Of a stretch of 64,000 nt of DNA, positions 27,805 to 35,708 are shown piece by piece (the stretch's first letter is position 1; every line of letters starts with the position of its first letter). Location of the stretch: IMG/VR virus record IMGVR_UViG_3300028536_000015, positions 9,365 through 73,364 of that record; one strand, written 5' to 3'. Below the pieces are notes generated by a model. That model worked only from the letters and a program-made list of their open reading frames with translations. It ran no database searches and was not told the origin of the DNA. The position numbers and the translations under genes were made by a program. Source of the stretch: a virus.

Positions 27805-28368
27805 ATGCCAACAATCGAGTTTAGCAATGCATTCGACGCGACAAACAAGCGCGTTCTGTCCGAAGTGTTCGCTATCGTCATCAAGAAACTTGATCTCACT
27901 GAAGATTTCAAGGTCAAGGTCTCGATGGAGTTTATGGATAACAGAAGCCTTTATGCGCGGGTTGCGCGGGGAGGCGAAAAGCTGTTCCTGATGGAAATGA
28001 ACAGCAACGGCTTCAACCTATTCGACGCAACTGCCGCGTTTGGACACGAGCTGATCCACGTGCAGCAGCACATCAAGGGTTGGTTGCGCGTCAAGAATAC
28101 AGGCAAGGTTTGGTCCGATGGGCTCTATTGGAAGGGCGAATTCTATTCCGCTCTTCATCTGATGCTCAACGGCTCCAGCAACTGCGTTCCTTGGGAAATC
28201 GACGCTTGGAAACGCATGGGTGAGCTGCACAAATACGTGGTCTCTCATTTGCCGCCGGCTGATGCCGCGCTGATCGATATCACCAAATCGACCGGCCTTA
28301 AAGATACTTGGAATGCAGACTATGCATCTTGGAAAGAGTGCGAAGAGATTTTTTCTCTTAAACACTAA
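27805..28368 (+). CDS. Zincin-like metallopeptidase
   Basis: HELIHVQQ (HExxH) and PWEIDA. Confidence 0.75.
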   Translation: MPTIEFSNAFDATNKRVLSEVFAIVIKKLDLTEDFKVKVSMEFMDNRSLYARVARGGEKLFLMEMNSNGFNLFDATAAFGHELIHVQQHIKGWLRVKNTGKVWSDGLYWKGEFYSALHLMLNGSSNCVPWEIDAWKRMGELHKYVVSHLPPADAALIDITKSTGLKDTWNADYASWKECEEIFSLKH

Positions 28369-28478
28369 ATCGCTTCTGTCCTGCCGCGTACCTAATAAGC
28401 CTTGAGGAAGGCTTCTCAGGCTTTCTCAAGTACGCGGCAGTGAGAAGCGATTAAGCTTCATGAAGAGGGAAACTTCAA

Positions 28479-28700
28479 ATGACCAAAGCAACAAGCAAGT
28501 CTTGGGATGAGGTTCATGCCGAGCGCGTGGCCTATCGGCGCGCTCACAATAACCAGCCCAATGGCTACCGGCCTGTTACGGAAGCGGAATTGCAGACGCA
28601 ACGGAAAGAACTGTTTAGCGAATTGGAACCGGATATCAATCCGGAAACCAAAATCGTGAGCATTCTCGATCCGAATTTCGGCAAGGTCAAAGCGGCTTAG
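28479..28700 (+). CDS. Hypothetical protein
   Basis: Between repeat copies 4 and 5; RBS present. Confidence 0.6.
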   Translation: MTKATSKSWDEVHAERVAYRRAHNNQPNGYRPVTEAELQTQRKELFSELEPDINPETKIVSILDPNFGKVKAA

Positions 28701-28774
28701 CTTTTCGACACTGCGGAGTTTAATCTCCGCAGCACGAAGCGCTGATGCTTCAAAAGAGGGAAAGAAATTCTACC

Positions 28775-28930
28775 ATGCAAATCTTCAGTGACAGTGACGA
28801 CTTGCCGATGAAGGCTGAAAAACGTGCCGAGACTTCATTGCTCAAATCCTTGTTTTACGAGGATGTTGCAATGAGCGCCGGCTGGGTCTTCATCATCCTG
28901 TGCGTTCTCGTGATTGCGGAGTGGGGCTGA
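28775..28930 (+). CDS. Small membrane protein
   Basis: C-terminal hydrophobic segment; RBS present. Confidence 0.5.
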   Translation: MQIFSDSDDLPMKAEKRAETSLLKSLFYEDVAMSAGWVFIILCVLVIAEWG

Positions 28931-29124
28931 TGAAAAAGATCAAAATCCCTCACCCTGTGCTCCAATGCCCAAAGGTCAGGAAGCGCCGCGTAGAAGCGGG
29001 TATTCTGATCGTTGTGTGCGTGGCGCTGGGCGCGCATTACATCATTCCGGACTACGAAGCTGTGATGAATTTCGCAGCCAGTTTTCTGTTCTGGCTTGAA
29101 CCGAAAATTGCGGTTGAAGTCTAA
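28930..29124 (+). CDS. Small membrane protein
   Basis: TGATG coupling; hydrophobic segments. Confidence 0.55.
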   Translation: MKKIKIPHPVLQCPKVRKRRVEAGILIVVCVALGAHYIIPDYEAVMNFAASFLFWLEPKIAVEV

Positions 29125-29234
29125 GCGTTTCGGCATGGGCTGGTTTATCCAGCCCATAGCGAAGCTCTTGAAGCTTTACATGAAAATGGTTGAGAAACCA
29201 TCCTCATGGTTTATCAATGGAGAGGGAAATACAA

Positions 29235-29390
29235 ATGGCTAAATGTGTTAAGAGCAAGCGTAACGGCAACATCATCAGGGTTTCTGATGAGGAAGCCGCG
29301 CGGCTTGTGAAAGAAAGCGATTTCGCATATGCGCCCAAGAGCGAGTATCGGGCATATATCGCCAAGACTGCCGAGGTGACCCATGCCTGA
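29235..29390 (+). CDS. Hypothetical protein
   Basis: MAKCVKSKRNGNIIRVSDEEAARLV; RBS present. Confidence 0.65.
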   Translation: MAKCVKSKRNGNIIRVSDEEAARLVKESDFAYAPKSEYRAYIAKTAEVTHA

Positions 29391-29550
29391 TATCAATGAT
29401 ATGATGGCCTGGGAAAACGGCGAAATGAATGAAGACCGCGAGGACAAGCTGTTCCAACAGCTTGTTGATAGCGGCTTGGCTTGGACGCTCCAGGGTATGT
29501 ATGGGCGTCGGGCATCGCAGCTATTGAGAGAACGGAGAATTCACCGTTAA
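29383..29550 (+). CDS. 55-aa conserved phage protein (not in ORF track)
   Basis: MPDINDMMAWENGEM...LFQQLVDSGLAWTLQGMYGRRA; the AWxLQGxYGR motif recurs in phage proteins. Confidence 0.7.
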   Translation: MPDINDMMAWENGEMNEDREDKLFQQLVDSGLAWTLQGMYGRRASQLLRERRIHR

Positions 29551-29612
29551 TGTTCATGTCCTGCCGCGTAAGCGCGGTAGTGATGAGCATTTGCTCAAAG
29601 AGGGAGAGACCT

Positions 29613-30026
29613 ATGTCTAAACACAATGTGAGAATGTTGAAAATGGATATCCATGAGACGCCCAAAGCGTTCAATATCAATGGTATCACATTTTCCAAAA
29701 AACGCCTTACTGAACTGTTCCCCGGCTGTGGATGCGACATCAAGACGTTCTATCGGCTAATGATTATCATGCCGTTCTTTGCGTCTCAAAAGAGCGTGGA
29801 AGAAGCCCCAACGGTTACAGGCAAATACGCCATCGCCAAGGCCAAACGGATTTTCGAAAACATCGGCCTGGATGACGCGTCTATTCTGCCGTTCATGCAG
29901 ATTGCGGCGCAACTCGGCGAGCTTCAAATCCCGGAATGCCTGGATGATATCACAGAACAGTGCCACGATCAGATTTGCGGCTGTGGCGCGAAGGTTTCAC
30001 CGGGTACCAAAAATACCCTTCATTAA
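29613..30026 (+). CDS. Hypothetical protein
   Basis: RBS after repeat copy 7. Confidence 0.6.
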   Translation: MSKHNVRMLKMDIHETPKAFNINGITFSKKRLTELFPGCGCDIKTFYRLMIIMPFFASQKSVEEAPTVTGKYAIAKAKRIFENIGLDDASILPFMQIAAQLGELQIPECLDDITEQCHDQICGCGAKVSPGTKNTLH

Positions 30027-30034
30027 CGGAGGGT

Positions 30035-30967
30035 ATGATGGACTTAGCTAAGAGCGCGATGCTAGTAAGCGTCAATATCGTGAATGGCGGATTGCTGGGA
30101 GAACGTAAAAACGCAAAAGCAACGGCCCTGATCCACAAGACCTATTCTATTGCTGATAAGCGTGCCAAAGCCAGCACGTTCTTGATTGACCGTAAGCATC
30201 CTAAAGTCAAAGCGGTTGTCGCAGCCTCACAACGCGTGCGCGAAGTCCTATATAAGTATACGCTATCATGGGGCGACGACAAAACGAGGCTTCTTTCGAT
30301 TTCCGTGCATGAGCTTTTCAGCAAGAAAATATCCGAAGCAGAGGCTGAATTGCGGGAGGCGTGGGATGAGTATCTCCATGTTTATCCGTCGTTGGTTGCC
30401 GATAGCGAGCGCAAGGAAAGCGGCTTAGGCGGCCTGTTTGATGCGTCTCAATATCCAAGCGTCAAGAAGGCCAGAGAGCTTTTTGCTTTTAAGCTCACCT
30501 ATTGGCCGGTTCCTAGCTCGGGTAACTTTGTTGCGGACATCGCCACGGAAGCAGCGGCAAAAGCCAAAGCTGATATGGCGCTGGAGATCGAGACCCGGCT
30601 CAAGACAAGCGCGCAAGAACTTGTCAATCGAGGGCGTGAAGCCGTTGCTACCTTGATGGAGCGGCTTCAGTCTTTCAATAAAAAGGCTGACGGCAAGATT
30701 ATTAAGGATAGCTTGATCAAAAACCTGGAAGAGGTTGCCCATCTGATCGAAGACATGAATATCACGGGAAATTCTGAGATTTATACCATGGCTCATAGGA
30801 TCAGGCGGCTTTCTAAGGTCAGCGCCGTAGGGTATCGAATGAGCCCTCAGTTTAGGGCTAATGGACTTTCTCTCGGGGAAGCCATCCTTAAAGAACAGAT
30901 CGACTTGGATACGCTCGATTTGGAAGTATCTGAAATGGTTGCAGAAGCAGGTGAATACGAGTTTTGA
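30035..30967 (+). CDS. DUF3150-like helical protein
   Basis: YTLSWGD..RLL and LGGLFDASQYPS...F motifs; linked to the AAA/vWA pair. Confidence 0.65.
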   Translation: MMDLAKSAMLVSVNIVNGGLLGERKNAKATALIHKTYSIADKRAKASTFLIDRKHPKVKAVVAASQRVREVLYKYTLSWGDDKTRLLSISVHELFSKKISEAEAELREAWDEYLHVYPSLVADSERKESGLGGLFDASQYPSVKKARELFAFKLTYWPVPSSGNFVADIATEAAAKAKADMALEIETRLKTSAQELVNRGREAVATLMERLQSFNKKADGKIIKDSLIKNLEEVAHLIEDMNITGNSEIYTMAHRIRRLSKVSAVGYRMSPQFRANGLSLGEAILKEQIDLDTLDLEVSEMVAEAGEYEF

Positions 30968-31121
30968 GTGCCTTAAAACTACCACATTATTATGGTTTAC
31001 AGAAAGCTTGAACGAGAGGGAATATGGAAATCTTCTTTATGCTCTACGCCTTAGGACAGGCGATGTTACTTGTTTTGTCCACAAGACGACTAGCGAAAAA
31101 CCCCCATCAGAAGGAATAGCA

Positions 31122-31301
31122 ATGCCAGCACCGTTACCGGATGATATCACGATTGATATCAAACTTTCTGTAGCCCGCGTCGCATGTGAGTTAGCCAAAA
31201 ACTATATCATAATGATGCAGGGTGATCCACGCGATAATCCGCACGGCGATAAGGTTTTAGCGGCCGTTTTGGATCAATTGGACGAAGCGTTGAAAGAATA
31301 A
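31122..31301 (+). CDS. Hypothetical protein
   Basis: AAGGA RBS; its stop begins repeat copy 8. Confidence 0.5.
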   Translation: MPAPLPDDITIDIKLSVARVACELAKNYIIMMQGDPRDNPHGDKVLAAVLDQLDEALKE

Positions 31302-31367
31302 GCTTTCATGTCCACTGGCTTACGAGCCAGTGAGATGAGCGCTTATGCTCAAAGAGGGAGACCTTAA

Positions 31368-32405
31368 ATGCTGAAATGCAAAATTACACAGCTTGCTGAC
31401 GTTGTGTATCCTTTGATCCACGCGAATATTCCCGTGATGATCAAAGGACCTACCGGGGTCGGCAAGTCTGCGGTGATCAATACGGAGATCATGTCCCGTA
31501 TCCGCACGGATTTCGGACAGGCTTCGAGGCTGCATGATATCAGGCTTTCCACAAAAGATATTGTGGATGGCACTGGCATGCCGCTGATCGATCGCGAGAA
31601 GATGGCCACCTATTGGACGCGGCCCGCGTTTGTTCCGGAAGATGACGGCGAAATGCATGTCATGTTCCTTGACGAGTTCGGCCATGCGAATGTTCAACTC
31701 CAGCAGATGTCTTATCAGTTGGTGTTGGATCGTTCGTGCGGCGGATATCCATTGCCCAAAAAGAACCGCATTATCCTTGGCTCGAACACCAGGGAAGACG
31801 GCGGCGGCGACAACAAGATGTTGAAGCCGCTGGAAAATCGTATGGCACATATCCAGGTGGAAGTCGATGAGATGGGCTTCATTGAGTTGATCAAGAAGTG
31901 GGGATGGGACAAGCGTCTGATTGCTTTCCTCAACCTGCGCCCTGAGTTGATCCATAAGGTGGACCCGAACCATCCGTCCTTTCCGACGCCGCGCTCTCTT
32001 GAGAACTTCAACAAAGTCCTTCAGGACCCGGCGCTGGCTCATTTGGACCCCAAGCCGCTCAAGTCTGTCCTGGAAAGCGCCGCGAGGTCTATCTTGGGCG
32101 AGGGGTTTGCGCATCAGTTCAGCACGTTCCTGGATCGTATCACCGCTGGTCTGCCCAAGATCGCAGATATCCTGGCGGACCCGACCAAGGCCAAGATGCC
32201 CGCTGATGCCCATTTCCAGTGGCTGATTGCCGGCACCATCTCGCGCAACATGAACGCCAAGAATGCCCCGGCGTTCGCCAAGTACTTGGCTCGCATGTCG
32301 CCTGACATTGCGTCCATGTGTGTTCATGATGCAATCTCGCGGGATCGTGCTTTGGGCGATGTTGTTTCGCTCAAGGCGCTGTTGTTGGAAGGATCGGGGA
32401 AGTAA
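31368..32405 (+). CDS. MoxR-like AAA+ ATPase
   Basis: GPTGVGKS, FLDE, PLENR, FPTPRS motifs. Confidence 0.9.
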   Translation: MLKCKITQLADVVYPLIHANIPVMIKGPTGVGKSAVINTEIMSRIRTDFGQASRLHDIRLSTKDIVDGTGMPLIDREKMATYWTRPAFVPEDDGEMHVMFLDEFGHANVQLQQMSYQLVLDRSCGGYPLPKKNRIILGSNTREDGGGDNKMLKPLENRMAHIQVEVDEMGFIELIKKWGWDKRLIAFLNLRPELIHKVDPNHPSFPTPRSLENFNKVLQDPALAHLDPKPLKSVLESAARSILGEGFAHQFSTFLDRITAGLPKIADILADPTKAKMPADAHFQWLIAGTISRNMNAKNAPAFAKYLARMSPDIASMCVHDAISRDRALGDVVSLKALLLEGSGK

Positions 32406-32406
32406 G

Positions 32407-32643
32407 ATGCAGGATTTATTTTATCTTCTTGCATCGATCTTTCTAATCTTGATGATGGCGTGGATGTTTAGCCGCTCAGGATTTGACGATAGCGACAAGA
32501 GCCGTAGCGAGCGTTCTGGTTTGATGATCTTCACGGATCACAAGACTGGTTGCCAATACGTTGGAACTATCCTTGGAGGTATTACTCCGCGCCTTACCTC
32601 GCAAGGTACTATTCTCTGTGTTTCCGAAGAGAAAAAAGATTGA
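32407..32643 (+). CDS. Small membrane protein (DUF6440-like)
   Basis: Hydrophobic segment followed by TDHKTGCQY...GGITPRL. Confidence 0.65.
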   Translation: MQDLFYLLASIFLILMMAWMFSRSGFDDSDKSRSERSGLMIFTDHKTGCQYVGTILGGITPRLTSQGTILCVSEEKKD

Positions 32644-32750
32644 CGTTTCCACTCATGGGCTTACGAGCCCATGCAGGAAGCGCCTAATGCTTTACATAAG
32701 AAAGCTTGAGTAAGCATTCTTATGGTTCATCAAGAAAGAGGGAGATATTA

Positions 32751-33980
32751 ATGTTTGGAATGAAACCGAATGCAATGCGGCGGATGCTTCTGGCGCGGGA
32801 GCGGATCGCGAGAAAGAACCCGTTCTTTGCATCCATCTTGTTCGGCGCCAATATCATCGAGAGCAAAAAGCATCAGACGATTTGGAGCGATGGATTGAAC
32901 ATCCTTTTCAATAAAGACTATGTTGAAGAGGGGAACAATGACAAATACATTGAGGGAGATGTCCTTCACTCCGTTCTACACTGTGCCTTGCTGCATCATC
33001 CTCGCAAGCGCTATCGCGATCCCAAGAGATGGAATGAAGCCTGCGACTATCCTGTCAACGCCGTGGTCAAGGACTACTTTCCTTTGTCCCCGGATGCCTT
33101 GACCAGCCAGAAGTATGGCGCCTTGGCACCGGAAGCTGTCTATGAACTGCTTCAGAGACAAGAAGAAAAGCAGCAAGGCAAAGGCAAGCCTCAGAAGTCC
33201 AAGGGTAAGCCTGAGAAGGGCGACAAAGGAGACGACAGTGGGCAGGGCGAGAACGATGAGAATGATCAGGACGATGGTGAGGGGCAGGAAAAAGAACAGC
33301 CCGGCACCATGTTTGAGCCTGACCCTGAGGATCAGGAACAGGATAGCGAGGAAAACGAGCGTCAGTGGAAAAGAGTTCTCACCGGCGCGATCGAGAAATC
33401 GCCTCCTGGGACCATGCCGGGAAGTCTCCAGCGCCTGATCCTGGATATCTTTCCAAAAGACAAGATCGATTGGAAGGACCTGATCCGGGATATGTCACGG
33501 GATGCCAAATCGAAGGCTACCAGAACGTGGCATCGGCCTAATCGGCGCCGCCTTGGCAATGATGAGTATATGCCGGGCTATGGCAACGATAACGTCTACA
33601 AGCTTGTCATGTGCCTGGATGTCTCGGGTTCGGTCAGTCAGCAAATGATCCAGGAAATGTGCGATGAGGCCGCAAGCCTTCTCGATCAGGACCTGGTCAC
33701 GAATGTTACGCTGATCTCCGTCGATACGCGCATTCAGAATGTCTTGGAGGCAACAACCGGCGAGGATATCAAGGGTTGGAACGCAGGGGGCGGGGGAGGA
33801 ACAGACTTCCGCAGCGCCATGGATACTATCGGCAAGATGGAGGATGTCATTGGCTGTATCTTTCTGACAGACATGGCCACGAGTTCCTTTGGTACCGAGC
33901 CCCCGTTTGGGGTAGTATGGGTCGATTGGAGCGGTGGTGGCAGCAAGGCGCCTTATGGGCGCACTGTTTCTTACCGCTGA
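32751..33980 (+). CDS. DUF2201-type metallopeptidase-like plus vWA domain protein
   Basis: HSVLH (HExxH-like, Glu absent), WNEACD..VN, acidic linker, DVSGS MIDAS, GGGGTDF, LTD. Confidence 0.85.
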   Translation: MFGMKPNAMRRMLLARERIARKNPFFASILFGANIIESKKHQTIWSDGLNILFNKDYVEEGNNDKYIEGDVLHSVLHCALLHHPRKRYRDPKRWNEACDYPVNAVVKDYFPLSPDALTSQKYGALAPEAVYELLQRQEEKQQGKGKPQKSKGKPEKGDKGDDSGQGENDENDQDDGEGQEKEQPGTMFEPDPEDQEQDSEENERQWKRVLTGAIEKSPPGTMPGSLQRLILDIFPKDKIDWKDLIRDMSRDAKSKATRTWHRPNRRRLGNDEYMPGYGNDNVYKLVMCLDVSGSVSQQMIQEMCDEAASLLDQDLVTNVTLISVDTRIQNVLEATTGEDIKGWNAGGGGGTDFRSAMDTIGKMEDVIGCIFLTDMATSSFGTEPPFGVVWVDWSGGGSKAPYGRTVSYR

Positions 33981-34035
33981 TGCTTAAACACAGAGGCTTA
34001 CAAGCCTCTGCATTAAGCACCATTAGGAGGGAAAC

Positions 34036-34332
34036 ATGAGAGATTACGTAGAACGTTCCTTGCTGATCAAGGGCCCATGGAATTTAGACGGAACAGAAGA
34101 TTTGAGTCATTGGGGTAATGCCACCTTCATAAGGCATATTACACCAAAGGGACCTGTAATAGAAATGAACCAAGGGGACCAATGGCATACCAGCATTCAT
34201 AAAGTTCCGGGGCTCAATATTCCATATTGGCTATCCGGAAGACTACCTGAGGAATATAAGCAGATAAGATATTTTCCAGACGCTGATCCGTTTGATGACG
34301 TGGTATGTCTGGAGGGAGGAAATGATGCGTGA
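34036..34332 (+). CDS. Hypothetical protein (paralog A)
   Basis: GGAGG RBS; WNLDGTEDLSHW. Confidence 0.6.
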   Translation: MRDYVERSLLIKGPWNLDGTEDLSHWGNATFIRHITPKGPVIEMNQGDQWHTSIHKVPGLNIPYWLSGRLPEEYKQIRYFPDADPFDDVVCLEGGNDA

Positions 34333-34633
34333 TATATTCGATGAGTATACCTGGAACCTGACAGGGCAAGAAGACCTGAACAGTTGGCGCCATCAAACTC
34401 AAAAATGGTACAAGACAAAAAGAGGGTGGTTTCTAACCACTACGGAAGACTACGGTTCAGTAATTCAACATTGGTTCTCTACGAATTCTGATAGTGATCT
34501 TCTTCCTGTATGGAACTTATGGGATGGAGCGATACTGCCTTATGATATCCTCGATGCTGAAGCTAACTGGGATCATAGTTTCGATTTGATCGATATCGAG
34601 CTGGCTGAGATGATCATGAAGGGGGAGCTTTAG
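34322..34633 (+). CDS. Hypothetical protein (paralog B)
   Basis: GGAGG RBS; WNLTGQEDLNSW. Confidence 0.6.
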   Translation: MMRDIFDEYTWNLTGQEDLNSWRHQTQKWYKTKRGWFLTTTEDYGSVIQHWFSTNSDSDLLPVWNLWDGAILPYDILDAEANWDHSFDLIDIELAEMIMKGEL

Positions 34634-34684
34634 AGGGAGGCAAGAGCACGGCTTGGTTATCATCATCAATCTTTACACCAAGTT

Positions 34685-34955
34685 TCCATAGCCGCTCCCC
34701 GCTCTCTCCCGGCTAGGTAAAGCCAGAGCAGTGGGAGCCAGCTAGCGCGTATCCCTGAGGTACCCGATATCGGGGGGTCAGCCGCCCGGCCTGCATTTGA
34801 GTTGCAGAACTGCCGTACATGCCTCAGGTACAGGCATAGCCTTGGCGGCATTTGCCTGGGTCGGGGTTTACCCCGCGCTTCGTCCTTGGAATTCCGCCAA
34901 GCCGCCTTAGGAGATGGGATTTCGACCTGCTCAGACGGCTAAAAGCCGGGCTGTG
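34685..34955 (-). ncRNA. GC-rich structured RNA candidate
   Basis: Many stems and a loop-distal pairing GTACCTG/CGGGTAC; no credible ORF. Confidence 0.45.
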
Positions 34956-34968
34956 GGACTTTTTCGGG

Positions 34969-34997
34969 TTGATTAACTGTTACACTATGACTATAAG
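34969..34997 (+). promoter_or_regulatory. Putative sigma70 promoter
   Basis: TTGATT-N17-TATAAG. Confidence 0.5.
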
Positions 34998-35044
34998 AAG
35001 CCTGTGCACAATTTCTGGATCGTCCTCAAAGTCAATCCAGCCCG

Positions 35045-35075
35045 AAGCCGTCCTGCTCCTACAGGGCGGCTTTTG
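35045..35075 (+). terminator. Intrinsic terminator
   Basis: AAGCCGTCCTG/CAGGGCGGCTT stem followed by T residues. Confidence 0.65.
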
Positions 35076-35106
35076 TGGTTCTGCACTAAGATGTTGCGTA
35101 TGTCAA

Positions 35107-35613
35107 TTAGTTGCCAGATTTTTCATCAGTCGGTGGTATTAGAATATTCCCGTCCTCCAGCTTGACGCCCAACGTATTTTCTATCGTTTTAGCATCCATT
35201 CCCAGTTCCTTGAGTTCCCCTTTAATGTAGCTGAGCAGTTGTTCCGGCGATTGATTATCAAAATCCCCAGGACCGCCAACCTCTTTGCGATCCAAAAACA
35301 TGCGGAACATCTCGCCGCCAAGAAGCTTCGCGTTAGTGGCAGCCGCCGCCATCTGGCCTAGCTTTCGGCTCAGTTCCCAATCATCGAAAACGCGCTGTAG
35401 GATTTGCGAGCGGGAGAGCTGAGCCCTCCTAGCGTTGACATCCATTAGCTCATTGACGCGCCTCCTAATGACCTTGCGGGCCATCCTGCGGGAGGCGGCC
35501 AGTGGCGGGTTACCAGAAGTTCCACCTGTCTCCAGGTAGGCATCAGCGGGTTCCTTGCCGGCGACCACCATCTGGCAGAACCGCTCGTCTTCTAGGTTTC
35601 TTAGAACTCCCAT
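35107..35613 (-). CDS. Putative terminase small subunit
   Basis: ERFCQ..V.G....DAY...G...AASR......IRRRVNEL N-terminal HTH typical of TerS. Confidence 0.7.
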   Translation of the reverse strand: MGVLRNLEDERFCQMVVAGKEPADAYLETGGTSGNPPLAASRRMARKVIRRRVNELMDVNARRAQLSRSQILQRVFDDWELSRKLGQMAAAATNAKLLGGEMFRMFLDRKEVGGPGDFDNQSPEQLLSYIKGELKELGMDAKTIENTLGVKLEDGNILIPPTDEKSGN

Positions 35614-35642
35614 GCAAATCCTCTTAATCCTCTTGAGAGAGT

Positions 35643-35680
35643 AAAAAAGACCCCCTGAGAGTTATCCCAGAGGGTCTAAG
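35643..35680 (-). terminator. Intrinsic terminator after the AAA ATPase gene
   Basis: AGACCCTCTG...CAGGGGGTCT followed by a T run on the minus strand. Confidence 0.7.
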
Positions 35681-35708
35681 AAAAAGCAACATATCGGATG
35701 GGGGAGGA

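Larger units (their letters stand above)
27111..34022 (+). repeat. Family of ten dispersed intergenic stem-loop elements
   Basis: Copies at 27111-27180, 27417-27474, 27741-27791, 28366-28460, 28698-28752, 29122-29178, 29548-29597, 31299-31351, 32641-32694 and 33978-34022, each followed by a GAGGGA RBS. Confidence 0.85.

Noticed and set aside
29548-29600. Hammerhead ribozyme (GTC-stem-TGATGA-stem)
   Set aside because: It lacks the C of CUGAUGA, the GAAA and stem III. The pairing is explained by the repeat-family fold.
27111-34022. Intergenic repeats as a CRISPR array or integron attC sites
   Set aside because: The repeats are not identical and are separated by whole genes. There are no cas or intI genes and no RYYYAAC/GTTRRRY cores.
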